From a virus (taxonomy: Duplodnaviria; Caudoviricetes): DNA of 64,000 nt. The DNA lies in IMG/VR virus record IMGVR_UViG_3300033120_000231, positions 1-64,000 of that record; one strand, given 5' to 3'. How positions within the stretch are numbered: the stretch's first letter is position 1; every line of letters starts with the position of its first letter. This document shows positions 1 to 9,553 of the stretch, piece after piece. Both the position numbers and the translations under genes were made by a program. Under the pieces are notes generated by a model that saw only the letters and a program-made list of their open reading frames with translations, was not told the DNA's origin and made no database searches.

Positions 1-39
1 GAAAGTACGCGGAAATTTTGAGTATCTGATAGCGTAGTT

Positions 40-385
40 ATGCGCCCAATCGAGCAGCAAATGACCTTCTACTCACCCCTCCTAAAGCGTGGCATTACTT
101 TGATGCCCTCTTTGATCCTAATCCCCAAGTGGGCCAAGGAAGACCGTCCTTATCACCTGCATGAGTTCACCCATGCAGCAAGAAGTTGACGGTGTGCTGA
201 CATTCTCTGGTGGCGTTACCTGATAAGCAAGCAGCCAGCGCCAATCGTAGGAAGTCGGGACTTATAAGGTGCAGATCAAAGCTGGTGCTAGTACCTACGA
301 ATGTGCACACAACATCATAACGGGTTATGAGATTGGTATCACACAAGCGCAAGCAATACTTACCACTCATACTATTGTAATGTAA
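40..385 (+). pseudogene. Degenerate small HExxH (zincin-like) protein gene
   Basis: ATG40 frame reads ...YHLHEFTH. The plausible continuation (QQEVDGVLTF / WWRYLISK / RQS*EVGTYKVQIKAGA...ITQAQAILT) needs about 3 frame switches and crosses a TAG at 248. Confidence 0.5.
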
Positions 386-401
386 CAATATAATAAAAAC
401 T

Positions 402-764
402 ATGGAATATAAACGAAAAGATGACAGCACAGTTCAAGTAATTGCTGAACGCATTGATAACCTCCACAGTCACATCAGTGACCTTCGAGATTCAATGAAG
501 GAAAGTATGAAAGAAATGGCTACTGCTGTAAACAAGCTAGTTAAAATTGAAGAAGGGCAAGTACACATGATGCAGGCTCATACTCGGTTAGTTGAATTGC
601 AAGATAAGCAAGTAGCTCGATGTGATGCTTTAGAGAAACGCTTGGATGACTTAGAAAAAGATGTTCCAATGAATAGGCAGATTCGCAACTGGGTTATCAG
701 TGCTGTAACAGGTATTGTAGCCTTAGTTGGGATGTTTGCAGCTAAGTTTATGGGTTTGATGTAA
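402..764 (+). CDS. Holin-like protein (coiled coil plus single C-terminal TM)
   Basis: C-terminal hydrophobic segment WVISAVTGIVALVGMFAA; lies directly upstream of the endolysin. Confidence 0.6.
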   Translation: MEYKRKDDSTVQVIAERIDNLHSHISDLRDSMKESMKEMATAVNKLVKIEEGQVHMMQAHTRLVELQDKQVARCDALEKRLDDLEKDVPMNRQIRNWVISAVTGIVALVGMFAAKFMGLM

Positions 765-783
765 AAAGAAAAGGAACCAGTAT

Positions 784-1323
784 ATGTCTAAATTAAAATA
801 CTTTCCGCATATTGCTGGTTCCTTGGTCTTGGCAAGTGCAGCAAGTGTAGGTATCTTACATAAGTGGGAGCCTGCTAAGGGTGCTCCAGATGCTCATCTA
901 TTTGTGTACGAAGATAAGATTGCACATAATGTTTTGACTGTCTGCAGCGGGTTAACTAACGCAGTAAGTAAAAAGAAACTTATCAAAGGTGACAAATGGA
1001 CACAGCAAGAGTGTAATGATAATGAAGCTTATGCTTTAGAAAATATTCAGAATAGACTTGCTTTGTGCTTTACTAAGCTACCATATCAATCAGTATTTGA
1101 TGCAGCAACATCTCATGCTTGGAACTTCGGTGTAAACAAGACTTGCTCATCTGAAGCTATGAAGCAGTGGAATCTAGGGAATTATAGATTAGGATGCCAA
1201 CTGATTGCATATCAGTATGACGGTAAGACTCCAGCTTGGAGTTATTCCGACGGGAAGTTTGTACAAGGATTGCATAATCGAAGGGTGGATGAGATGAACG
1301 TTTGCTTGAAGGATGTGAAATGA
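784..1323 (+). CDS. Endolysin, phage lysozyme (GH24), SAR-type
   Basis: N-terminal weakly hydrophobic anchor (HIAGSLVLASAASVGIL) precedes catalytic E...D...T (WE...YEDKIAHNVLTVCSGLT). Also AWNFG and GLHNRR motifs. Confidence 0.9.
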   Translation: MSKLKYFPHIAGSLVLASAASVGILHKWEPAKGAPDAHLFVYEDKIAHNVLTVCSGLTNAVSKKKLIKGDKWTQQECNDNEAYALENIQNRLALCFTKLPYQSVFDAATSHAWNFGVNKTCSSEAMKQWNLGNYRLGCQLIAYQYDGKTPAWSYSDGKFVQGLHNRRVDEMNVCLKDVK

Positions 1324-1345
1324 GAGACGACTATAAGGAGATGCT

Positions 1346-1873
1346 ATGATTAAAGAAGAAATATTGTCATTCCTTCTTGATTGGAAAGTCAAGTTAGCGA
1401 TTATCTTAGTTGTTCTCACTGGGCTATTTGCTTACCATAAAGTAATTGTACATGAAGCAGTAGCTACTGCTGTAGCAGAGATTCATATTCAACAAAGCAA
1501 AGAAAACATAAAGTTAAGAGAAAGATCACTCAATACTCAGATTGCTTTACAAGAATCTTTTGACAAAATTCAAAAGGATAAAAATGATAAAATCAAGTCT
1601 CTTAATTCTCGTGTTGCTACTCTCACTGCAAGCTTGCAGTCACGCCCCTCTCGTACAGAGTCAAGCGGAGTTTCCGACAATCCCGGAACTCAAGAAGTTA
1701 GACAAGGAGCAACTGGAGCCCAGCTTTATCGAGAGGATGGAGTTGTTCTTGCAAGGGAAGCTGCCAGAGCAGAACTGATCAAAGAAGAACTTCTGGCTTG
1801 CTACAAGTCCTATGATACGGCTAAAGAAACCTTAGATAAGTTCAAGAGAGATAATCAGAGTAAGGTTGAATGA
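1346..1873 (+). CDS. Rz: Inner-membrane spanin (Rz-like)
   Basis: N-terminal TM plus coiled coil, follows the endolysin, AAGGAG RBS. Confidence 0.85.
   Translation: MIKEEILSFLLDWKVKLAIILVVLTGLFAYHKVIVHEAVATAVAEIHIQQSKENIKLRERSLNTQIALQESFDKIQKDKNDKIKSLNSRVATLTASLQSRPSRTESSGVSDNPGTQEVRQGATGAQLYREDGVVLAREAARAELIKEELLACYKSYDTAKETLDKFKRDNQSKVE
1584..1778 (+). CDS. Rz1: Outer-membrane lipoprotein spanin (Rz1-like), nested in Rz in the +1 frame
   Basis: MIKSSLLILVLLLSLQAC lipobox, AAGGA upstream, fully embedded in the Rz gene. Confidence 0.85.
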   Translation: MIKSSLLILVLLLSLQACSHAPLVQSQAEFPTIPELKKLDKEQLEPSFIERMELFLQGKLPEQN

Positions 1874-1896
1874 CCTTATGCAATGTCTCTGGAACC

Positions 1897-1990
1897 GATT
1901 TAAACGGGCCTAGAAGAGCCTTAGAATAAAAACTAAGGGGTAGTATACCCCAAATGACTAAACCCTACTACGGAAGCTTTACGGCCTCTA
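1897..1990 (+). repeat. Dispersed GATTTAAACG/hairpin intergenic element, copy E1
   Basis: GATTTAAACGGGCCTAG at 1897; hairpin GGGGTA-GTA-TACCCC at 1937-1951. Confidence 0.55.
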
Positions 1991-2007
1991 TAGTAGGGTT
2001 TTCTTTT
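1960..2007 (+). terminator. Intrinsic terminator ending the lysis operon (long loop)
   Basis: AAACCCTACTA / TAGTAGGGTTT stem with a 20-nt loop and T-tract; at the convergence of + and - genes. Confidence 0.75.
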
Positions 2008-2170
2008 GTCTAAAATTTACTTATTATTAAACCGCGTAATATTGAACATTGATAAATATCGTGCAACAGCATCTTGTAGAAGCATTAAGAACTCTTGATA
2101 TGCTTTGATATTAATAATAGGGTTAAAGTACTCAATTTCTTGCTTTGTCAAATTTATCATCGGTTCACTT

Positions 2171-2365
2171 TCAAATAGTAGGTTCTTTAATCACTAAACA
2201 AACAAACCCAGCAGCTTGCTTTTGTAATTCTTCATTGTTTTCTTGGTTCTGTTTCTGTGCTTCAATTAAGCAAGATTCAACTGTTGCAAAAGGTTTAATA
2301 AGTTCTGGAGCTTCTAGACCTAAAGCAGAGGAAACCGTAAGTACAGCTAAGATGGCTTGAATCAT
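2171..2365 (-). CDS. Small exported two-cysteine protein
   Basis: Signal-peptide-like N-terminus; F-x4-C ... C pattern. Confidence 0.65.
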   Translation of the reverse strand: MIQAILAVLTVSSALGLEAPELIKPFATVESCLIEAQKQNQENNEELQKQAAGFVCLVIKEPTI

Positions 2366-2369
2366 GGCT

Positions 2370-2888
2370 TCACTCCTTTAGTTCAAATTTGTCTGCATAA
2401 TCTTCGCTATGGATACAAATACAGCACGGTTGTTTATCGCTATTTCTGTGGACGTACTTACAATTGAGACAATCTTTCTTTTGTGTTTGTTCCTGCAATT
2501 GCCCGAAGTCACTGATTTGTTGCAGGTTAAGTTCTTGGAGTTTCTTAAGTAATACATCACGTTGATCCCTCATATCTATATAAGCGACTTCATCACTTTG
2601 TTTCTGAGTAACTAACCAACTATTTGATTGTTCAAGTTCTTGGATAGTAGAACGAAGTTCATTACGTTCCTGTTCAAACTTAGAAGCAAGACATCTCCAT
2701 GATTCACGCTGGTCAAGAAGTGCTTGATTCCTTACAAGAAGTCCATCACGTTCCTGTTCAATCTTCTCAATGTATGCACGAAGTTCATCAATCTCTTCTT
2801 GCATGAAGTTTTCATCAGACATCCCAATATAAGTGTATCTTGTAACCGCTACACATTTACGCTTTTGCCATGTTTTAATTTCACTCAT
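2370..2888 (-). CDS. Coiled-coil protein with C-terminal CxxC...CxxC
   Basis: Heptad-rich EQERD/EQERN repeats; CLNC and CCIC motifs. Confidence 0.7.
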   Translation of the reverse strand: MSEIKTWQKRKCVAVTRYTYIGMSDENFMQEEIDELRAYIEKIEQERDGLLVRNQALLDQRESWRCLASKFEQERNELRSTIQELEQSNSWLVTQKQSDEVAYIDMRDQRDVLLKKLQELNLQQISDFGQLQEQTQKKDCLNCKYVHRNSDKQPCCICIHSEDYADKFELKE

Positions 2889-2980
2889 TCATCACCCCCT
2901 GTTCCAAAGTTTACACACTTACCAAGTAAGATACCAAATGGCACCAAGAATACAAGGTAACAAATAATAATTGTTGTCAT
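2885..2980 (-). CDS. Small membrane protein (31 aa)
   Basis: MTTIIICYLVFLVPFGILLG; internal ATG of the listed ORF; ATGA overlap with the next gene. Confidence 0.5.
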   Translation of the reverse strand: MTTIIICYLVFLVPFGILLGKCVNFGTGGDE

Positions 2981-3005
2981 GATTACTCTTTCATATTCAG
3001 ATACA

Positions 3006-4130
3006 TTAAATCTTATCAAACATAGAAATCTTCTTTTCAATGGGTATGCTTTTCCACACATTAGCAATATCTGTGTTTTGTTTACGTGCTTGAAATAGAA
3101 TTCCATTGTATTTTACATCTTTAATTGCAAGAGCAAAGTCTTTCTGAGATTCAATGTGTTTGTTATCATCCCATGCTACTGCCAAATCCCACTTAGCTTG
3201 GTTTACATCCTGACTTACTGCTTCAGCTTTATCTTCCCACTCTGGAAAATAAGCAACAAACTCATCTAACTCGCCAGTAAAGAACAGCTTTAGAAGATTC
3301 TTCCGTGTAGGGAGGGTATCTTCCCCTCGTAGTGCATGTGCAACAACGTACAAGGAACTTTTAACCTTCATCCTTTTATTACTTACTGGGTCATATAGTA
3401 CGAAACCCTCTTCCAGATTTGGTAAAGAGTTAGCAAGATTCACTACTTCATCCATGTCATTTGCAGAGTAAGTTTTCAATGGACGTACATTTAATGCAGT
3501 TTTAGTCATTGTGATGTTCAGCTCTTCCATGCTCCACTCAGTCTCTCCATTATTAGCGGAAAGGATTACTATCTTAGGTTCATTGTAATTGGTAACAATT
3601 CGATTTTCTGGAGATGTGTACTCAAAAACAAACGTTGTATCTTTTGGATATTCGTTAAACACAGTCTGAAATACTTCTTCTGTGACACCAAAAGTATCAA
3701 TCACCTTATCACGGAAAGTTCCACCTAATGGGTGGTCGCCTTCAGCAAAGGCCATACCACGAGTAGAGATATGCCACTTGCCGTTGTGCCAATAGACCCC
3801 AATCAATGATCCGTCTGCTTTCTCAGATATCACTGCATGAGACAAGTCAAAATCTTGGTAGTATTCCAATGCCTCGCCATAGTTGAAAAAGCGGTTAAAC
3901 TTCCGCGAGACGACCCCGAAGGTATTGAGATCAAGGATCAGGCTTCTGCATTCAATCACAATGGGATGCATCTTGGGGCTATCAATCATGTGATAGTCCA
4001 GCAGTACGATGCCGTTTTCAGGATAAACCTTCACCTTGATTGATAACTGTTCTGTTAGTGCAGCGAAGCACTCAGTTGGTGGCTTGACTAATTCACGTTG
4101 CTCAAGCAAGAATTTTTGTACATTCAGCAT
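3006..4130 (-). CDS. RNA ligase (T4 Rnl1-like)
   Basis: Motif I EKADGSL, ECRSLIL, FNRFFN, FEYTSPENRIV, EEGFVL, KVKS. Confidence 0.9.
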   Translation of the reverse strand: MLNVQKFLLEQRELVKPPTECFAALTEQLSIKVKVYPENGIVLLDYHMIDSPKMHPIVIECRSLILDLNTFGVVSRKFNRFFNYGEALEYYQDFDLSHAVISEKADGSLIGVYWHNGKWHISTRGMAFAEGDHPLGGTFRDKVIDTFGVTEEVFQTVFNEYPKDTTFVFEYTSPENRIVTNYNEPKIVILSANNGETEWSMEELNITMTKTALNVRPLKTYSANDMDEVVNLANSLPNLEEGFVLYDPVSNKRMKVKSSLYVVAHALRGEDTLPTRKNLLKLFFTGELDEFVAYFPEWEDKAEAVSQDVNQAKWDLAVAWDDNKHIESQKDFALAIKDVKYNGILFQARKQNTDIANVWKSIPIEKKISMFDKI

Positions 4131-4179
4131 AATTTCCTTTCATAGCGTTCGTAGCAAAGCTACTCACTTTCAATAGATA

Positions 4180-4218
4180 AAACAAAACCCAACACAGACC
4201 TTGCGATCCATGTTGGGT
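4180..4218 (-). terminator. Intrinsic terminator after nrdJ (long loop)
   Basis: ACCCAACA / TGTTGGGT stem with a 16-nt loop and a T-tract on the minus strand. Confidence 0.65.
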
Positions 4219-4266
4219 ATCTTACTGCATTAAATTTTAGTTGTCAAGCTGTTTCAATGTTACTTT

Positions 4267-7200
4267 TTAGCCGCACTTAGAGCTTCCACAATTAGCACAC
4301 ACCTTGCAACCCTCTTGGTAGACTACGTTTGTACTTCCACACGCTGAGCATTTCTCATCCGTAACCTTTTCTCCATCCTTGATGAATGAACCGAGGTACT
4401 TCCGAAGGTGAAACACGAATGTTCCAACAATGCATTCTACCTTATCAAGGGCACTAACAATGTTCCGAATCAGCACACCATGACGTAAGTTCAAAGAAAT
4501 AAGCCTACAAATCTTCGTAGTGTTGCTATCTTGATTACACTTGTTCAGTGTATCATAGATATGCTTCTCTGGAATACTCTTAGACAAAGCAAGTTCAATC
4601 AGTCTAGCTACAGTATCTTCAGCAATCACATTCTTCTCAGAGTGATTCGTCTGAACAAACAAAGCAACTGGTTTAGTCTGCAATTCATTCTGGATTACCG
4701 TCAAGTACCACTTACGCCCTTCTGCACGAAGAGTTTTCATCATCGCAGGAAGGTTGTCTGGTAGCTTGATATCGTCAAGAATTACTTCCTCTTCTGCATC
4801 TACCGTTTCCTTAGCTGCTGACAGCACAGAAGTCATAGTCCCTGCACGATAGGTTGTAAAGCCCTTAATCACTCCAGTGTTGTACACGTCAAGGTACAAG
4901 TTCTTGAAGTCCTCATAAGGATAATCCGCTGGAATGTTGCAAGTCTTAGAACAAGCAGAATCAGTGTACTTAGCAAAACCCTTCAGGTCATTTACGTGCT
5001 CATCTACACGCAACTCTGTAGTTGTCACAACATAGTCTGCATCAGGATTATACTCACCAGTCTTCTTCAAGTACCTGATACCATAGTCTTCACACAGGAC
5101 TTCTTTTGTCAACCCACGGCTCTTATCAATCTTATAGGTTACTCCAAACTTATCTACACCTTTCAGAATCTGCTCATCCCCCTCCATAGTGAACTTGAAC
5201 ATTTCTGTTTCATGGAACTCTCCAGTATAGAACTTAGGAGTTACGTCAATGATGTGATCTGGTGTAACCGGGACAATCACTGTACGGATGTACTCAGTCA
5301 TGAATGCAGGTTCGATACCACCAGTCACTACATTAGCAAAGATACTTCCGTTACCATTAGGTTGCTGACTCAGCAAAGAACTATTACGAATGCCATAAGT
5401 ACGCAACTTCAGCATGTACTCATCAGAAAGATTTAACTTCTTAATGAACTTTGCCTCTGCATGTTTTTCAGGGGTGCAGTATGTAAACATGCCCTTCTCA
5501 CCAGCCAAATCAATTGAGGCTTCGTAAGCAGCTTTTGCATATGTCTGCATGACTTGTTCACGCAATACTTCTGCTTGTTCAGAACCAAATCGAGTCTTGA
5601 GCATAAACAATGCAGAACCCCACCCCATGACACCACAACCGATTCTACGCTTATTCCGCATGGAATCTACGTAGATAGGGAGGGGTGCATCTGAGATTGA
5701 ATTAACATTATCCAAGAAACGCACCAAGATACGAACGTACTTGTCAATCTTACTTAGGTCAAAACTAGTTCCTTCACTGTTAATAAATTGAGTCAAATTC
5801 AATGTTCCAAGGCAGCATACACCACCTGGAGCAAGATGTTGCTCGCCGCAGGGGTTTGTACTCAAGATTTTTTCTTGATAATTAGCTGGAGCGTATTCAT
5901 TTGCACGATCAAGAAACAAGATTCCAGGTTCATTTCGATTATATGTACTCTCCATAATCAAATTCCACAACCATGAAACCTTTACAGTGTTATGTACAAC
6001 AACAGAATAACCCTTGGCTTTCCAATCTTTCAAATCTCCTTGCCATTCAGCCTTGTATTTCTCATGTGTAGTTTCTGGAAATTCAAGATTCCAAGTATCT
6101 TCCTTCTCTAGCTTTGATTCAAGTAGTCTTACCTTCCAACTAGAATCCTGATTATCAAGAGCAAAAGATTGTTTATTGTTCTTAGCTTGCTCAATATTTT
6201 CACGGAGAGTTTCTAAGGCGTTAACCTTCTGCATGAATTCTTCTGTGCAATTAACAGAGAGATTAAACTTGCTCAATCGCCCAGAAGATTGCTTTGCCGT
6301 AATGAATTCAATAATGTCAGGATGCCACACTGCCATAGTACCCATCTGAGCACCTTTACGAATCTTCTCCTTGGACTTCTTGTTATTATTCTTCTTACCT
6401 GATCCAGAAGTAACAATCTCAGAACTCTTATCAAACAGTTCCATAAAGCGAACAGCACCTGGGGACTCTACACCAATACCTGCAATGAACGAGCCTCGTG
6501 GACGAATCCAAGAGAAATCCATACCCCACCCCCCTTCTGATTTTAGAGTCTGGGATTGTTCTTGCAGGACTTGGTAAATACCTTCAAGACTGTCAATGTT
6601 GTACTCAGGTAGGCCACCAACAAAACATTGTCCAGTAAGAATACCAGAACCAATAACCATAGTATGTGTTTCTGGTTCTTCGCAGCAGTACACTGTTTCT
6701 TCACGATCTGTTTCTTCAACAGATACCACCTTTAAATAAGACTTAAATTTTGGTGCAGCACTCTTAGTTAAGTAATCAATATGCTTCTGTTTCTTTACAA
6801 GTTTTAGATCACTCCAGAAAGAAGATTTAAACAACCTCAAGCAGTACAACGGCTTGATGGTGTCATCCCAAGGAGATTTCTCACGGTATAGTGAGACACT
6901 ACTTGATGGAATACCTGCTCGTGCAAACAAGAACTGAAGATTCCCAATTGCCTCCAAGTCGGCCTGAAAGAGTGTAACATGTCCACGGGAATCAATGTTC
7001 CCATCAGTTGCGATCATTCCTGCAGCAAACCCACGCAGATAGGAAATGTCTTTAACACCCATTGGCAACTGCTTGTAATATCCAGGAAGGTTGTTAATCT
7101 GTGCACGAGCATCCTCCACTCCCTTATAGTGAGACAGTTTAACATCATGTGCTTTTAAGTCTGTCAGCAAATGAGTATTCCCCATAAACTGTGCAACAGA

Positions 7201-7857
7201 AGAATACCTCCGACTCGCATCTTCCCATCCATCACCGTAAACAAGACCATTAAGATACCCTGCATCAAATGCCTCTTCGTCATACCCCTCCACAACGTAG
7301 GATTGCACGGGTACGTTACGGCCTTCAATATCTACAGTTGAGAAACGGTCTTCTAATTCGTATGAATACCCTTTCTTTGGATCAGACACTATCCACTTGT
7401 GGTCTTTTGTTGCGTAGACGATTTCACCGTTGCTGAACACAACTTTATACAGTTTTTGCTTCCCATAAGACTTCCAAGTAGCCTCACGGTAGATACCATC
7501 TTTGCTAAGTGTTCTCACTACTTTACCTTCAAGTGAGGACGCTTGTACAATACCCTTATCGGTATGCACCATAGTCTCACCAGCAATGCAGTTCATGAAA
7601 GTTGTCCCATTCCAATCTGTACCTGCATTAGCAGTGATGCGACCACCAGCAACACCCTTGAAATCCGTCAGGAGATCATAGAACTTTTCTTCCCAATACT
7701 GCTTCTTTTCTTCTGTATCTTCTGCACTTGCAATGTCTTTTGCTACTCGACGGAAGGTGTTGTTTACATTTTTATCTTTGTAGTTACGATAGGTTGTACT
7801 CCAGATTTCTTCAGAGAAAGCATCTTGAAATTCAGTACCTTGTTGTTTGTTTTGCAT
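4267..7857 (-). CDS. nrdJ: Class II (B12-dependent) ribonucleotide reductase, intein-containing
   Basis: GGRITANAG, KGAQM, TNPCGE and CCLGTLNL motifs; C-terminal domain with terminal CxxC Zn ribbon; no beta-subunit gene in the window. Confidence 0.88.
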   Translation of the reverse strand: MQNKQQGTEFQDAFSEEIWSTTYRNYKDKNVNNTFRRVAKDIASAEDTEEKKQYWEEKFYDLLTDFKGVAGGRITANAGTDWNGTTFMNCIAGETMVHTDKGIVQASSLEGKVVRTLSKDGIYREATWKSYGKQKLYKVVFSNGEIVYATKDHKWIVSDPKKGYSYELEDRFSTVDIEGRNVPVQSYVVEGYDEEAFDAGYLNGLVYGDGWEDASRRYSSVAQFMGNTHLLTDLKAHDVKLSHYKGVEDARAQINNLPGYYKQLPMGVKDISYLRGFAAGMIATDGNIDSRGHVTLFQADLEAIGNLQFLFARAGIPSSSVSLYREKSPWDDTIKPLYCLRLFKSSFWSDLKLVKKQKHIDYLTKSAAPKFKSYLKVVSVEETDREETVYCCEEPETHTMVIGSGILTGQCFVGGLPEYNIDSLEGIYQVLQEQSQTLKSEGGWGMDFSWIRPRGSFIAGIGVESPGAVRFMELFDKSSEIVTSGSGKKNNNKKSKEKIRKGAQMGTMAVWHPDIIEFITAKQSSGRLSKFNLSVNCTEEFMQKVNALETLRENIEQAKNNKQSFALDNQDSSWKVRLLESKLEKEDTWNLEFPETTHEKYKAEWQGDLKDWKAKGYSVVVHNTVKVSWLWNLIMESTYNRNEPGILFLDRANEYAPANYQEKILSTNPCGEQHLAPGGVCCLGTLNLTQFINSEGTSFDLSKIDKYVRILVRFLDNVNSISDAPLPIYVDSMRNKRRIGCGVMGWGSALFMLKTRFGSEQAEVLREQVMQTYAKAAYEASIDLAGEKGMFTYCTPEKHAEAKFIKKLNLSDEYMLKLRTYGIRNSSLLSQQPNGNGSIFANVVTGGIEPAFMTEYIRTVIVPVTPDHIIDVTPKFYTGEFHETEMFKFTMEGDEQILKGVDKFGVTYKIDKSRGLTKEVLCEDYGIRYLKKTGEYNPDADYVVTTTELRVDEHVNDLKGFAKYTDSACSKTCNIPADYPYEDFKNLYLDVYNTGVIKGFTTYRAGTMTSVLSAAKETVDAEEEVILDDIKLPDNLPAMMKTLRAEGRKWYLTVIQNELQTKPVALFVQTNHSEKNVIAEDTVARLIELALSKSIPEKHIYDTLNKCNQDSNTTKICRLISLNLRHGVLIRNIVSALDKVECIVGTFVFHLRKYLGSFIKDGEKVTDEKCSACGSTNVVYQEGCKVCANCGSSKCG
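6628..7590 (-). mobile_element. Intein (321 aa) with LAGLIDADG homing endonuclease in RNR; ends Gly-Gln
   Basis: TFMN|CIAGETMVHT ... HTMVIGSGILTGQ|CFV; LAGLIDADG-like motifs YLNGLVYGDG and FAAGMIATDG. Confidence 0.92.
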
Positions 7858-7885
7858 TAATTTCCTTTATTATTAATTATAAATC

Positions 7886-8230
7886 TTACTCAATTTCTAC
7901 CATTCCCTTGCTCTTGTAGAGGTCTGTCAAAATTCTATTGTTCAGACTCTTGTCTCTAGCCTCTACACTACTGTACGGACTGCTCACCCAATTTTGATCC
8001 ACTCGTTCGTTACCGACCCACCGTGGGCAAGTGATAAGATTTCCAAAGCGATTACGATGTGTTACATTCTGTACCTCGCAGGGGTAGTTGTAAATATCCA
8101 TACCCAGATCAAAAAGCATCTCCTGAAATACATCAGGATTCTCTTCAATAAACTCTTCCGTTACCCAGTTAGCTACTGTTTGGATTTCGCTCAATGAAAT
8201 GTAACATACTGCTGCTATTTTTAGAGTCAT
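7886..8230 (-). CDS. Hypothetical phage protein
   Basis: 114-aa ORF with GGAG RBS, in operon. Confidence 0.7.
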   Translation of the reverse strand: MTLKIAAVCYISLSEIQTVANWVTEEFIEENPDVFQEMLFDLGMDIYNYPCEVQNVTHRNRFGNLITCPRWVGNERVDQNWVSSPYSSVEARDKSLNNRILTDLYKSKGMVEIE

Positions 8231-8305
8231 ATCTCTCCTTTATTCTTTTAAGGAAGAACGGTAGAACCTCAATTCTACCATATCTTCTGTGTAATTACAA
8301 GTACA

Positions 8306-8983
8306 TTATTCTGTAGAGAATACTTTATTGACCGCTTGGCTTACAGCCTCCGCTAACCAAACATGCTCTAACTGTGTGCCATTAGCTTTACGAACTTCAA
8401 TGTAGTGAATAAAACTTCTAATTGTTCCTTGAACATACAGCCTAGATTTTGTATTTCCTTCTGGAAGGATCACCCTTGCTTGTTCTTTAGCGATACCACA
8501 ACCAACTGCCCACTGATAGTTCTCTTTTACTAGGTCGATCACTTCTTGCTGCCTACGGATCCATTCTGAAGTAATAAATCGGCTATCTTCATCATCCTCT
8601 TGTATAACTACACTATTCTGTCGATTCTTTTGGTCTTGTAATCGTGCTTGTCGGATGACAAAACTTAAGCTATCCGTAGGGTCAGCGTATCTCTGAGAGA
8701 ATTCTTGAAATGTAAAACTTCGGTGTCTCAGAAGTTGTCGTGCAATGTCACGGGTGGTCTCTATTTCAAGAGTAATACTTGCCATCTCAAAAGGACTGAA
8801 GTGCTTATGCTTTAGCAAGTAGTTAATCAGTTTATCTGATGTTTCCATATTTAACTGATTACTTGGGTTTGAAACCCTAGCGCAAAATGCCACGAGGTTT
8901 TTAATGTCCTTGAATTCATCTTTGAACTCTTCTGCTGGTTGTGTATAACCAACTAGACGTACTTTTGTATAGTTTTCTGTCAT
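8306..8983 (-). CDS. thyX: FAD-dependent thymidylate synthase
   Basis: RHRSFTFQEFSQRY signature; KHKHFSPFE and KEQARVILP. Confidence 0.95.
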   Translation of the reverse strand: MTENYTKVRLVGYTQPAEEFKDEFKDIKNLVAFCARVSNPSNQLNMETSDKLINYLLKHKHFSPFEMASITLEIETTRDIARQLLRHRSFTFQEFSQRYADPTDSLSFVIRQARLQDQKNRQNSVVIQEDDEDSRFITSEWIRRQQEVIDLVKENYQWAVGCGIAKEQARVILPEGNTKSRLYVQGTIRSFIHYIEVRKANGTQLEHVWLAEAVSQAVNKVFSTE

Positions 8984-9156
8984 TCAAACTCACTCTCAAG
9001 TGCAAAGAAGCTATCAAACGGCTCAGATAGATTCTTCAAATGAAACTTTGCATCTTCCAGCACTTCAACAATCTTGCAATCTTTTCCTTGAACCTTCACT
9101 TCATCACCAAGTTTGTAGGTTTTCTTCTCGGTGGTCTTTTTGGTTTCTTTACTCAT
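8980..9156 (-). CDS. Small SH3/KOW-like hypothetical protein (58 aa, not in ORF track)
   Basis: MSKETKKTTEKKTYKLGDEVKVQGKDCKIVEVL; ATGA overlaps at both ends. Confidence 0.65.
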   Translation of the reverse strand: MSKETKKTTEKKTYKLGDEVKVQGKDCKIVEVLEDAKFHLKNLSEPFDSFFALESEFE

Positions 9157-9338
9157 GTGTGTTCCTTGTAAGGTTTAAAAATTTGCAGTTCAGATTCATA
9201 TGCCCATGCTTGGGTTCCATCTACCATTTGTACTAGAAGTACTTTAGGTTTTTCAGTATAACCTAAGCACTTAACAAGTCTTCGGTAAAGTACCCTATTA
9301 GATGAGTAGGTATAAAGATGAGTAGCTTCATCCCACAT
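9153..9338 (-). CDS. Hypothetical protein
   Basis: In-operon ORF. Confidence 0.6.
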   Translation of the reverse strand: MWDEATHLYTYSSNRVLYRRLVKCLGYTEKPKVLLVQMVDGTQAWAYESELQIFKPYKEHT

Positions 9339-9350
9339 TTTTGTTCCCTT

Positions 9351-9551
9351 TCATTCAATCTCTCCTTTAATCTTCATAATACGTGTTTGAAGGTAATTTG
9401 CAAAGTCAAGAGCTTCTTCAAGCGCATGTTGAAGAATTTGCTCTTCAGTTAAACCAGCAGTAACTAATGCAATACCATATTTACTCAACCCTACCTGAGA
9501 ACGCTGGTGAAGAAGTTCTCTATTTTTCTCAACTACTTTATCTAATGTCAT
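9351..9551 (-). CDS. Small MazG-like helical protein
   Basis: RSQVGLSKYG...QHALEEALDFANYL resembles a recurrent phage NTP-PPase-like mini family. Confidence 0.6.
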   Translation of the reverse strand: MTLDKVVEKNRELLHQRSQVGLSKYGIALVTAGLTEEQILQHALEEALDFANYLQTRIMKIKGEIE

Positions 9552-9553
9552 TA

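Noticed and set aside
4267-7857. Class Ia RNR (nrdA)
   Set aside because: There is no beta-subunit gene in the window, and the C-terminal domain with Zn ribbon fits class II. A nrdB elsewhere in the genome cannot be excluded.
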